From positions 1 to 64,000 of the forward strand of contig CAVQRZ010000029.1 of the NCBI GenBank assembly GCA_963715335.1: DNA of 64,000 bases. The letters run 5' to 3'. The notes under the pieces were generated by a model. That model saw only the letters and a program-made list of their open reading frames with translations, made no database searches and was not told where the DNA came from. Source of the DNA: an uncultured delta proteobacterium. GTDB lineage: Bacteria > Desulfobacterota > Desulfuromonadia > Desulfuromonadales > BM103. The position numbers were made by a program, and so were the translations under genes. Positions 31,990 to 40,677 of the stretch are shown in pieces (the first letter of the stretch is position 1; every line of letters begins with the position of its first letter).

Positions 31990-33213
31990 TCATTTAACCT
32001 CCAGGTTCCGCACCCCTGCGGGCCGCCAGGCCGGCGAGATCACGTGGCTGCCCTTGCCTTTCTGCTCAAGCAGGCTGGCGAACATGACGGTAAAATCGCC
32101 ATAGCGATCATTGGCACTATCCCTGGCTTCGGTCAGCAGAAAGCGCCGCCGGTCGTCAGGGAAGAGCGGCAACTGGCCGGTTCGGAAACGCAGGCTTGAC
32201 AACCGGATGCCGAGCAGGCGGACCGGCTGGGCCAGAACCATGCTGTCGAGAATCTTCACCCCGGCGCGATAAATCGCCTCGCTACCGTCAAGGTAGTCCG
32301 GCTGCACCTGCTGCCGGCTCATGGTCGTAAAGTCGGCGTAACGCAGCGTCAGGGTGACCACTCTACCGGAGACCCGATGGCGCCGGGCCCGCCGACCGAC
32401 CATTTCGGCCAGCTGCAACAGGAACGCACAAATGGCCTCGCGGTCTTCCAGGTCATCGCGCAAGGTGCGGCTGTGTCCAATCGACTTGATCGGGGCGCTG
32501 TGCTCTTCGGCGATGACCGGAGCATGGTCGATACCGCGCGCCATGTCGTGCAGCCGGTCACCGATCACCCCGTATTTCCTGCGCAGGACCTGCAAAGGGA
32601 AACGACCCAGTTGGCCGCAGGTAAAGATGCCGAAGCTCTGCAACTGCCTGCCGAGCCGTCGACCGATGCCGCACAATTCCTGGACCGGCATCCGTTCCAG
32701 GATCATGGGGACCTCTTCCGGCCGAAAGATGGTCAGGCCGTCCGGCTTGTTTTGTTCCGAGGCCAGCTTGGCGAGCAGCTTGTTCGGCGCAATCCCGATC
32801 GAGCAGGTGATGCCGAAACGGGACTTGATCCGCGACTTGATCAGGTAGGCGATACGCTCGACACCACCGAACAGCCTCAGGGAACCGCTAAGATCGAGAA
32901 ACGCTTCGTCGACGGAGAAGATCTCCAGCAATGGCGTGTAATCATGGAGCAGCGCCATGATCTGCGTCGACACATGCGTATAAAGCCGGTTGTTGGCCGG
33001 CACCAGAGTCAACTGCGGGCATCGCTCGAAAGCCTCGAAATGGGTCATGCCGGTCTTCACGCCAAAGACCCGCGCCTCGTAGGAAGCGGTCAGAATGATA
33101 GAGCGCTTCTCACTACCGGTCACCGCGATCGGCCGGCCCCGCAACGCCGGGTTCGATTGCTGCTCAACCGCGGCAAAAAACGCGTTCATATCGACGTGCA
33201 TGATGGTTTTCAT
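31990..33213 (-). CDS. dinB: Y-family DNA polymerase (DinB/Pol IV-like)
   Basis: IMHVDMNAFFAAVE, SYEAR, SVDEAFLD, NKLLAKLAS..KPDG, VRLLGI, QLPLF. Confidence 0.95.
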   Translation of the reverse strand: MKTIMHVDMNAFFAAVEQQSNPALRGRPIAVTGSEKRSIILTASYEARVFGVKTGMTHFEAFERCPQLTLVPANNRLYTHVSTQIMALLHDYTPLLEIFSVDEAFLDLSGSLRLFGGVERIAYLIKSRIKSRFGITCSIGIAPNKLLAKLASEQNKPDGLTIFRPEEVPMILERMPVQELCGIGRRLGRQLQSFGIFTCGQLGRFPLQVLRRKYGVIGDRLHDMARGIDHAPVIAEEHSAPIKSIGHSRTLRDDLEDREAICAFLLQLAEMVGRRARRHRVSGRVVTLTLRYADFTTMSRQQVQPDYLDGSEAIYRAGVKILDSMVLAQPVRLLGIRLSSLRFRTGQLPLFPDDRRRFLLTEARDSANDRYGDFTVMFASLLEQKGKGSHVISPAWRPAGVRNLEVK

Positions 33214-33220
33214 AGGACCC

Positions 33221-33414
33221 GAAGCGCGAGGTGGGAGACGCGAAACGCGAACATCAAAACCATTTTAACGCCCGTTCGTTACTCTCACTCAAGACGCAAA
33301 GCAGCGCAAAGAGAGACCCAAAATCGCGTTTTTTGTCTTTGCGGTCTGGTTTTCTCTGTTGGCACCTTTGCGTTGAAAGTTTTTTGATTGTTCTCACTTC
33401 CCGCTTCGCACCTC
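33221..33414. repeat. Heptamer-armed palindromic intergenic element
   Basis: GAAGCGC GAGGTGG GAGACGC GAAACGC on +; GAGGTGC GAAGCGG GAAGTGA on -; internal ACGCAAAG/CTTTGCGT. Confidence 0.75.
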
Positions 33415-33660
33415 TCAAAAAGTTTCAATCCTCTCCAACGCCCAGGTCGTACTCCCCAGGTCGTAAACCAGTTCGTAAAGTGCGCCATCGTCGGTGACGT
33501 GGAAATGGATCCGTACCGTCTCGCCCTGCCGGTCGCGCCAGCTGTTGGTAATTTCACGCACGGTGTGTTTGCGCTGCTTCAGGTCGAACCAGACGGGTGT
33601 GATCCGGTTGCCCGGACCGTGTATGACGCCGACCCGGAGATTCGGTTCACAGGTTTTCAT
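33415..33660 (-). CDS. Small protein between lexA and dinB (YqjX/DUF6504-like candidate)
   Basis: 81 aa starting 5 nt after the lexA stop; PVWF..VREI..W..HFHV..YELVYD..W. Confidence 0.8.
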   Translation of the reverse strand: MKTCEPNLRVGVIHGPGNRITPVWFDLKQRKHTVREITNSWRDRQGETVRIHFHVTDDGALYELVYDLGSTTWALERIETF

Positions 33661-33665
33661 GATCC

Positions 33666-34277
33666 CTATCCCAGGGGACGACAGAGGCCGGTGACTTTGC
33701 CGAGGATTTGCACCTCCGCATCGCGTTCACGGTAGACCAATGACTTCATGCTGGAGTTTTCCGGCTTCAGACGAATCTCTTCGCCCTCGCGATAGAACCG
33801 TTTGAGGGTTGCTTCATTGTCGATCAGGGCCACCACGATCTCGCCGTTCTCCGCAGCAGGCTGCGGCCGCACCACGACCAGGTCGCCTGGCATGATGTGC
33901 GCCTCGATCATCGACTCGCCGCGAACCCGCAGCAGGAATGAATCCTTGCTTTTAACCAGCGAGCCGTCGACGGCGAGATACGCCTCAACCCGCTCATCTG
34001 TCAACTGCGGCAGGCCGGCCTGCACCGTACCGATCAGCGGCAGGGCAACTGCCTCGCTGCGCGGCCGGTCGGCCAGGACAATCGAGCGGGAGCTGCCGGG
34101 GCTGCGATTAATCAGCCCTTTGCGCTCCAGCGCCTGGAGATGACGCAAAACGCCGAGGTTGCCGGAGACCTGCAGATGCCGGGCTATTTCCTGTAGGGTT
34201 GGCGGATAGCCTTGGTCGGCGATATGCCCGGCCAGGAAATCGTAAACCTGCTGTTGACGTGTGGTCAGCGGTGACAT
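33666..34277 (-). CDS. lexA: SOS repressor LexA
   Basis: LTTRQQQV, YPPTLQEIA, Ala-Gly cleavage site VQAGLP, GESM, ATLKRF. Confidence 0.96.
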   Translation of the reverse strand: MSPLTTRQQQVYDFLAGHIADQGYPPTLQEIARHLQVSGNLGVLRHLQALERKGLINRSPGSSRSIVLADRPRSEAVALPLIGTVQAGLPQLTDERVEAYLAVDGSLVKSKDSFLLRVRGESMIEAHIMPGDLVVVRPQPAAENGEIVVALIDNEATLKRFYREGEEIRLKPENSSMKSLVYRERDAEVQILGKVTGLCRPLG

Positions 34278-34308
34278 GCAAAGGGCTCCAGGAACTCTGC
34301 CAAACAAT

Positions 34309-34328
34309 TAGTTACTATAAAGTAACTA
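34309..34328. promoter_or_regulatory. Palindromic operator, putative LexA box
   Basis: TAGTTACT-ATAA-AGTAACTA, beginning 17 nt downstream of a minus-strand TTGACT (34346-34351). Confidence 0.7.
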
Positions 34329-34397
34329 TCATGACAAAAGCCGCAAGTCAAGAAAACACCAGGTGACGCAGCGGCGACAATTTGCGATGATGGCGAC

Positions 34398-35363
34398 ATG
34401 TCAGAGCCGCCTGTCGACATACCCCCGGGACAACCGGTGGAAGGCTGGCGATCCCTGCCGGCGCACCTGGAAGAGGGACCGGGGGGGCCCCTGTCCCGGC
34501 GGCGCATGCGCAGCTGGTCACTGGTCCTGGAGGCCCGCCGAATCCCCTGGCAGGCCGAGCGGCACGGCTTCGGCTGGCAGCTGCGGGTTCCAGCCGGAAG
34601 GCTGGAGGCCGCTCTCCGCGAGTTGCGGCAATACGAAAACGAGAACCGTGACTGGCCGCCCTCGCCGCCGCAGGGGACCCCCCTGGTCGACAATCGCACC
34701 ACGACCATCTGGGTACTGGTCGCGATCGGGGTATTCTACAACCTCACCCTGCACCAGGTTGATTTGGCCGGGCACCATCCGGTCGACTGGAAAGCCCTCG
34801 GCAACGCCCACGCCGGAAAAATCATGGCCGGCCAGTGGTGGCGCCTGATCACCGCGCTGACCCTGCACGCCGACTGGCAGCACCTGCTCGGCAACCTGCT
34901 GATCGGCGGCATCTTCATCTCCAGGCTCTGCCGCGACTTGCGCTCGGGCCCGGCATGGCTGCTGCTGCTCGCAGCCGGAGCTTTCGGCAACCTGGCCAAC
35001 GCCTGGCTGCAGAGCCCTGCCCACCGCGCCGTCGGCGCTTCCACGGCGATCTTCGGCGCCGTTGGCATTCTCGCCACGATCAGCATGGTGCGCTACCGCC
35101 ACAGCCTGCGTCCGCGTCGCCGCTGGACTCTGCCGGTCGCCGCAGCGCTCGGCCTGCTGGCCATGCTCGGTGCCGGCGGCGAAAACACCGATCTCGGCGC
35201 CCACCTGTTCGGCTTCCTGTTCGGTCTGCCGCTTGGCTTCGGTGCGGAGCTGTTGATTGAGAAGCTGGGACGTCCCGACCGGGCCTGGAATGCGATCCTC
35301 GCCCTGGCCGCTGCCGTGGTTGTCACCGGTGCCTGGTGGGCGGCATTGCAATGGGGGAGCTGA
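34398..35363 (+). CDS. Rhomboid family intramembrane serine protease
   Basis: WWRLITALTLH, HLLGN, GAST, AHLFG. Confidence 0.93.
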   Translation: MSEPPVDIPPGQPVEGWRSLPAHLEEGPGGPLSRRRMRSWSLVLEARRIPWQAERHGFGWQLRVPAGRLEAALRELRQYENENRDWPPSPPQGTPLVDNRTTTIWVLVAIGVFYNLTLHQVDLAGHHPVDWKALGNAHAGKIMAGQWWRLITALTLHADWQHLLGNLLIGGIFISRLCRDLRSGPAWLLLLAAGAFGNLANAWLQSPAHRAVGASTAIFGAVGILATISMVRYRHSLRPRRRWTLPVAAALGLLAMLGAGGENTDLGAHLFGFLFGLPLGFGAELLIEKLGRPDRAWNAILALAAAVVVTGAWWAALQWGS

Positions 35364-35423
35364 GGTTGACGTGCCGGCAATAGGGGTTATTGTTCTATTA
35401 TTCTGAGACAGGAGACATTCGAC

Positions 35424-36230
35424 ATGAAAAACTGGCCATTCCGGATCGGATTTATCGTTATCGGCATCATCATCGCGGTTGCCTGGTGGTTCTATTACCA
35501 GCCGGAGCCGCCAACCATAGCCACGACGATGACGCCACCATCAGAGGTTGTGCCACCGGCAAAACCGGTGATTGAACATCCGGTCGCCCAGACTTCGGAA
35601 GAATTGGCAGCCGCGGCTCCGGCCCTCGACCTTGAACAACCCCTGCCGAGACTCCAGGAGAGCGACGCGCCGATGGCCGCGATCCTGGCCAGGCTCTTCG
35701 CCGATCAGAAACTCGACCGGCTCTTTATTCTCGAACATTTCATCGAACGCTTCGTGGTCATGGTCGACAATCTGCCCCGACCGCAGTTGCCAAAAGACCA
35801 CCGGCCAATCAGGCAGACTCCGGGGACGTTCCTCGCCCATGGCGAAAGGGATCAGCTGACGATCGACCCAGCCAACTACCAGCGTTACACGCCGCTGGTG
35901 AAAATGCTGGCAGCTCTCGACACCCGGCAGACCGTCGCCGTCTACAAGCGTCTCTACCCGCTCTTTCAGGAGGCCTACGAGAACCTCGGTTATCCCGACG
36001 CCTACTTCAATGACCGGTTGATCGAAGTCATCGACCACCTGCTCGCCACACCGCAGATAGTCGGCCCGGTTTACCTGGTCCAGCCAAAGGCCCTCTACCT
36101 TTTCGCCGATCCTGACATGGAGGCCCTTTCGGCCGGGCGCAAGATCCTGATCCGCTGCGGCCCGGAGAATGCGATCCGGATCAAGTCGATCCTGCATGAC
36201 TACCGCCAGGAGCTGGCTGCCGATAGTTGA
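35424..36230 (+). CDS. DUF3014-like protein
   Basis: N-terminal TM; RFVVMVDN, NYQRY, PLFQEAY..LGYP..FNDRL, EALSAGRKILIR.GP.N. Confidence 0.85.
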   Translation: MKNWPFRIGFIVIGIIIAVAWWFYYQPEPPTIATTMTPPSEVVPPAKPVIEHPVAQTSEELAAAAPALDLEQPLPRLQESDAPMAAILARLFADQKLDRLFILEHFIERFVVMVDNLPRPQLPKDHRPIRQTPGTFLAHGERDQLTIDPANYQRYTPLVKMLAALDTRQTVAVYKRLYPLFQEAYENLGYPDAYFNDRLIEVIDHLLATPQIVGPVYLVQPKALYLFADPDMEALSAGRKILIRCGPENAIRIKSILHDYRQELAADS

Positions 36231-36271
36231 TGGACAGTCTCTTCCTGATTCTCGCCGCAATCTCCGGCTCC

Positions 36272-36372
36272 TATGCCGGCACCAGGTCCCGGAGCAGCTT
36301 TTTCTCCGGGCATTCAAGCTGCTCATCACCCTGCTTGCCTTGCGCATGATCGTCAAGGTGCTGCCGCTTTGA
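36272..36372 (+). pseudogene. Orphan C-terminal fragment resembling a TauE/SafE exporter
   Basis: RHQVPEQLFLRAFKLLITLLALRMIVKVLPL-stop with coding-like codons and no start. Confidence 0.45.
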
Positions 36373-36457
36373 TCTTTGTTCTCGACCTTGCGCCATTGCT
36401 GCTCTTAAGGTTATGGTCAAAGGCAGTTCTGGCGTTTCTCTTTACAAGGGACTTGTG

Positions 36458-36712
36458 ATGAATATTTTCACCAGGTTGGCCGAAGTCACGCACCGCGAAA
36501 ACCGTCAAGGCGACCTGCCGGACTTCATCGTGCCGCTGTTGCTCAAGGTCGCGGACAACCCGTCCGGGTTCGCCGGCCGCGAAGAGCTGGTCGCCGAGCT
36601 GGTGATGCGGGTCGAGCAGTACGAAACCTGGTCAGAGCTGTGTTGTGAAAAACAGGGCTTTAGCCTCGAGGACATCCACCGTACCCTTGATCGTCTCAAA
36701 GTCAGATATTGA
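36458..36712 (+). CDS. Hypothetical protein
   Basis: Host-like codon usage; stop overlaps the next start; ELCCEKQGF. Confidence 0.75.
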   Translation: MNIFTRLAEVTHRENRQGDLPDFIVPLLLKVADNPSGFAGREELVAELVMRVEQYETWSELCCEKQGFSLEDIHRTLDRLKVRY

Positions 36713-37638
36713 ACGCACCGCCACTTGCAGCCCCCATGCAGATTATCCGCGATGAAATCGCCCGGCACCTGTCACGCTCCGGCGAAGCGAGGCGTCTTTT
36801 CCATGGCCGCGGGCACTGTTTTGCCGGCTACAACGACCTGGTGATCGACTCCTTGCCGCCGGTGATCATGGTCACTCTCCACGAACAACGACCGCAGGCC
36901 TGGCTGGACGAACTGACCCGCCTGCTCGACACGACACTGCCGGACAGGCCCGAGGCCATCTTCCTGCAGGAGCGCTTCCTGCCCGGCGAGCCGGGCCGGC
37001 TGCTCAGGGGAAGCCTGCCGGATGAGCCGGTCACTGTGGAGGCAGGGCTCTGCTACCGGTTACGCCTCGGCGAGGCCAGGAATATCGGGTTCTTCCCCGA
37101 CATGGCCGTCGGTCGCAAACTGGTCCGGGAACGCAGCACGGGCAAAAAAGTCCTCAACCTCTTCGCCTACAGCTGCGGTTTTTCCGTCGCAGCACTGGCT
37201 GGCGGGGCGAGCCAGGTTGTCAACCTCGACATGAATCGCGGCGCCCTGGAGCTCGGCAAGCTCAACCACCGGCTCAACCAGATCGAGCTGCGCCGGGCCA
37301 GCTTCCTGCCCCTGGAGTTCTTTCGCAGTCTCGGCAAGCTTCGCAAGCTCGGGCCCTTCGACCTGGTGATCTGCGATCCGCCGGCCTCACAGGGGAAAAG
37401 CTTCACCGCCGAACAGCACTGGCCGAAGCTGGTGCGCAGTCTGCCCGCCCTGACGACTCCCGGCGGGGAGGTGCTCGCCTGCCTCAACTCGCCGCGTCAC
37501 GGCCCCGACTATCTTGACGAGCTTTTCGCTGCCTACCTCCCCGCGGCAAAAAAGCTGGGGCTGTTCACCCCCGGGGAGGATTTTCCCGAGGCGGATGTGT
37601 CGGGCGGGGTCACGCTGCACCTGTATCGTTTGCCGTGA
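36709..37638 (+). CDS. Class I SAM-dependent methyltransferase (RlmI/RlmK-like)
   Basis: RRLFHGRG, GFFPDM, VLNLFAYSCGFS, ICDPP. Confidence 0.88.
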   Translation: MNAPPLAAPMQIIRDEIARHLSRSGEARRLFHGRGHCFAGYNDLVIDSLPPVIMVTLHEQRPQAWLDELTRLLDTTLPDRPEAIFLQERFLPGEPGRLLRGSLPDEPVTVEAGLCYRLRLGEARNIGFFPDMAVGRKLVRERSTGKKVLNLFAYSCGFSVAALAGGASQVVNLDMNRGALELGKLNHRLNQIELRRASFLPLEFFRSLGKLRKLGPFDLVICDPPASQGKSFTAEQHWPKLVRSLPALTTPGGEVLACLNSPRHGPDYLDELFAAYLPAAKKLGLFTPGEDFPEADVSGGVTLHLYRLP

Positions 37639-37679
37639 ATTGGCCCAGATAATTGTGGTTGGGGCATTTTATAAATCAA

Positions 37680-38112
37680 AATCAGAACCCGGGGGTCGCG
37701 CCCCCCGACGGCGCCTTACTCTTTTACTGGCCTAAAAGAGTAAGTAGAAAAGGGCCTGCGCTGCGCTGGGCATGTCTGGCTCGGCATGGCGGCAACCTCA
37801 ATCCGGATCCTTCTAAACGATCAAAAGCCTACGCTTCCCCCGCAGGAACCGAGGCTCTTGAGAGCCTCTCCATTTGTTGAGAGTTGTAGCGGTCGTGATG
37901 TTTTTACGCTTTTCCCCTATCAGTCACACGGCAAGGTCAGGCCCTTTGACACAGGGCCGGATCCCCATCACGGCAGGTTCTTGAAGCTCACAGAAATCCG
38001 GCACGGGAGATGCCCTCCGCAAGGAGACGGCACTTTTGCATACTTTTGTTGCCGGACAAAAGTATGGCGTCGGGCGGGACGCGACCCGCCGGTTCTGTTT
38101 TTGGTTTTTAGA
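37680..38112. repeat. ~440-bp foldback element, copy 2 (inverted relative to copy 1)
   Basis: Shared blocks such as GCTTCCCCCGCAGGAACCGAGGC, GGCCCTTTGACACAGG, GGAGATGCCCTCCGCAAGGAGA. Confidence 0.85.
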
Positions 38113-38267
38113 CCCCAATTGTGCAACACGAAACCCATCATTTTTCCAGGCAAGAGGGAACCCCTCGCCCCCTGCAACCACCAACCCAAAACCACCTTCT
38201 GCCTTGAACCTTATCTTTCCCGATTGATTGTGCTAATCTGAACACCCTGAATCTCGCTAAAAGGACG

Positions 38268-39119
38268 ATGCCACCAGTGATGGCAACTAAAATCTCCAGG
38301 CCAACACCTCTCGTCAAAAAGATTTACTCTCTGCTCCTGCTCCTTTTCCTGCTCTCGGCCTGTTCGCCGCCGTCGACCCCAGTGAGAGAGCAGACACCGC
38401 TGCCCACGGCGGAAGATCCGATCGCCGCGCTGCTGAACGAAACATCCGACGACCAGGGGCCGGACACGCCTCTGCAGAAGATGGGCTACTCGATCCAGGT
38501 CGGAGCTTTCAGCAACCTCGACAACGCCGTACAACTGGAGCAGCTCCTCGAATCCCGGGGGATCGACGCCTACTACTTCCGTCATGAATCGGGACTCTAC
38601 AAAGTCCGCTTCGGCAACCACGCCACCTACCAGCCGGCGCGCAGCGAGGCGGAACGCCTGCAGGCACAGGGGTTGATCGACAGCTTCTTCATCGTCTTTC
38701 CGGAAGACTATACTGCGGCACGGATCGAGAAGACCGGCAAAGGCGATCTGCGCAACGAGCTGGTCAATACCGCGAAAAGTTTCATCGGCACCCCCTATCG
38801 CTGGGGCGGCACCACGGCCGAAAACGGTTTTGACTGCAGCGGCCTGACCATGGTCTCCTACCGCCTCAACGGCCTCAACCTGCCGCGGGTTTCGCGCAGC
38901 CAGTACAAGGCCGGCAAATGGGTTGCCAAGTCGGCACTGCGACCAGGCGACCTGGTCTTCTTTGCCACCAAGGGCGGCAAGCGGGTGACACACGTCGGCA
39001 TGTATGCCGGCAACGGTGAATTCATTCACGCGCCGCGCACCGGCAAAAACGTCCGCATCGAAAAGCTCTCCAACAAGTTCTTTGCCAAAACCTACGTTGG
39101 CGGCAGGACTTATCTTTGA
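38268..39119 (+). CDS. SPOR + NlpC/P60 (C40) peptidase lipoprotein
   Basis: LSAC lipobox; YSIQVGAFS; GTPYRWGG..FDCSGL; PGDLVFF; HVGMY..FIHAP. Confidence 0.93.
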   Translation: MPPVMATKISRPTPLVKKIYSLLLLLFLLSACSPPSTPVREQTPLPTAEDPIAALLNETSDDQGPDTPLQKMGYSIQVGAFSNLDNAVQLEQLLESRGIDAYYFRHESGLYKVRFGNHATYQPARSEAERLQAQGLIDSFFIVFPEDYTAARIEKTGKGDLRNELVNTAKSFIGTPYRWGGTTAENGFDCSGLTMVSYRLNGLNLPRVSRSQYKAGKWVAKSALRPGDLVFFATKGGKRVTHVGMYAGNGEFIHAPRTGKNVRIEKLSNKFFAKTYVGGRTYL

Positions 39120-39120
39120 T

Positions 39121-39201
39121 GAGGTGCGAAGTGAGAAAACCCTGTAAACTGAAAGGCGCCATTGTGCTTTTTCGCATCTCGCACCCCGCACCTCGCGCCT
39201 C
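39121..39201. repeat. Heptamer-armed palindromic element, short copy
   Basis: GAGGTGC GAAGTGA on +; GAGGCGC GAGGTGC GGGGTGC GAGATGC on -. Confidence 0.7.
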
Positions 39202-39210
39202 GAGAATCTA

Positions 39211-40581
39211 ATGTCCCAACACGTGTCCCGCACCGCGACGCTCATGGTCGTCTGCACCGCCCACTTCCTCATGCCTTTCATGATGTCGGCGGTCGGCGTG
39301 GCGCTGCCGGCGATCGGCCGCGACTTCAATGCCAGCGCCATGCAGCTTGGCCTGGTGGAAACCACTTACGTCCTCTCCGCCTCGATCTTCCTGCTGGCCA
39401 TGGGTCGCATGGGTGATATCCATGGCCGCCGCAAGATCTTCCAGTACGGCATCGTCGCCTTCACTGTCGCCGGCGGACTGCTCTCCCAGGCCTGGTCGAT
39501 CGAGTCGATGATCGTCATGCGTTTTCTGCAGGGGATGGGCGGATCAATGGTCATGGCGACCACCTTCGCCATCGTTGTCTCGGTATTCCCGGCCGAAGAA
39601 CGCGGCAAGGCGCTCGGCATAGCGGTCGCCAGCGTCTATGCCGGCATCTCCTGCGGCCCCTTCGTCGGCGGCGCCCTGGTCACCGCATTCGGCTGGCGGT
39701 CGATCTTCTACCTGGCCGTACCGCTCGGCGCGATCACCTTTGCCACCAGCTGCGCCAAGCTGCGCGGCGAGTGGGCGGAATCCCGCGGCGAACCCTTCGA
39801 CTGGCGCGGCAGCCTGGTCTACGCCGCGGCCATCCTGATGCTGATCAGCGGGGCGTCCAATCTCGACCAGGGATGGTGGGCCTGGGCCCTGGCGGCGGGG
39901 GGAACGGCAGGCCTGATCCATTTCCTGATCCTGGAATCCCGCACCGAGTACCCGGTCCTTAACGTCAACCTCCTGCGCAACAACCGCGTCTTCGCCTTCT
40001 CCAACCTGGCCGCCCTGCTCAACTACGCGGCGACCTTCGGCGTCACCTTTTTCCTGAGCCTCTACCTGCAGTACGTCAAGGGGCTCAACCCGCGCGAAGC
40101 AGGAACCATACTGATTCTCCAGCCGATCATCCAGGCGGTCTTTTCACCTTTCTGCGGTCGACTTGCCGACCGCTTCTCCGCACCGGCTGTGGCAACGATC
40201 GGCATGGGCCTCTGCGCCACAGGCCTCGGCCTTGCCGCGACCATCACCGCGACCACGCCGATCTCCCTGGTCCTGGCAACCCTGGCGGCTCTCGGTCTCG
40301 GCTTCGCCCTCTTCTCATCGCCAAACATCAGCGTCATCATGGGCAGCATCCCGACCCGTTACCTCGGTGTCGCCTCGGGGCTCAACAGCACCATGCGCAC
40401 CCTGGGCATGATGGTCAGCATGACGGTCATCACCATAATCTTTTCCATCTTCATGGGCGGACAGGCCGTCACTCCACAAACCCAGGGACAATTCCTCGAC
40501 AGCATGAGAACCTCCCTGCTGACCTTCTCGACATTGTGCATCATCGGTATTTTTTTCTCGCTTGGCCGGATTCGCAAATAA
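39211..40581 (+). CDS. MFS transporter (DHA2/EmrB-like, 14 TM)
   Basis: GRMGDIHGRRK, RFLQGMG, ERGKALG, FDWRG, GRLADR. Confidence 0.92.
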   Translation: MSQHVSRTATLMVVCTAHFLMPFMMSAVGVALPAIGRDFNASAMQLGLVETTYVLSASIFLLAMGRMGDIHGRRKIFQYGIVAFTVAGGLLSQAWSIESMIVMRFLQGMGGSMVMATTFAIVVSVFPAEERGKALGIAVASVYAGISCGPFVGGALVTAFGWRSIFYLAVPLGAITFATSCAKLRGEWAESRGEPFDWRGSLVYAAAILMLISGASNLDQGWWAWALAAGGTAGLIHFLILESRTEYPVLNVNLLRNNRVFAFSNLAALLNYAATFGVTFFLSLYLQYVKGLNPREAGTILILQPIIQAVFSPFCGRLADRFSAPAVATIGMGLCATGLGLAATITATTPISLVLATLAALGLGFALFSSPNISVIMGSIPTRYLGVASGLNSTMRTLGMMVSMTVITIIFSIFMGGQAVTPQTQGQFLDSMRTSLLTFSTLCIIGIFFSLGRIRK

Positions 40582-40677
40582 AATTCACGGGGCTGGTTCC
40601 TCTCGGGCCGGCAGGAAAATTCGCGCAACCCGTGTTAAGATTAAAAGCACGACCGGCGAACCTTCCCTGGAGAGAGC

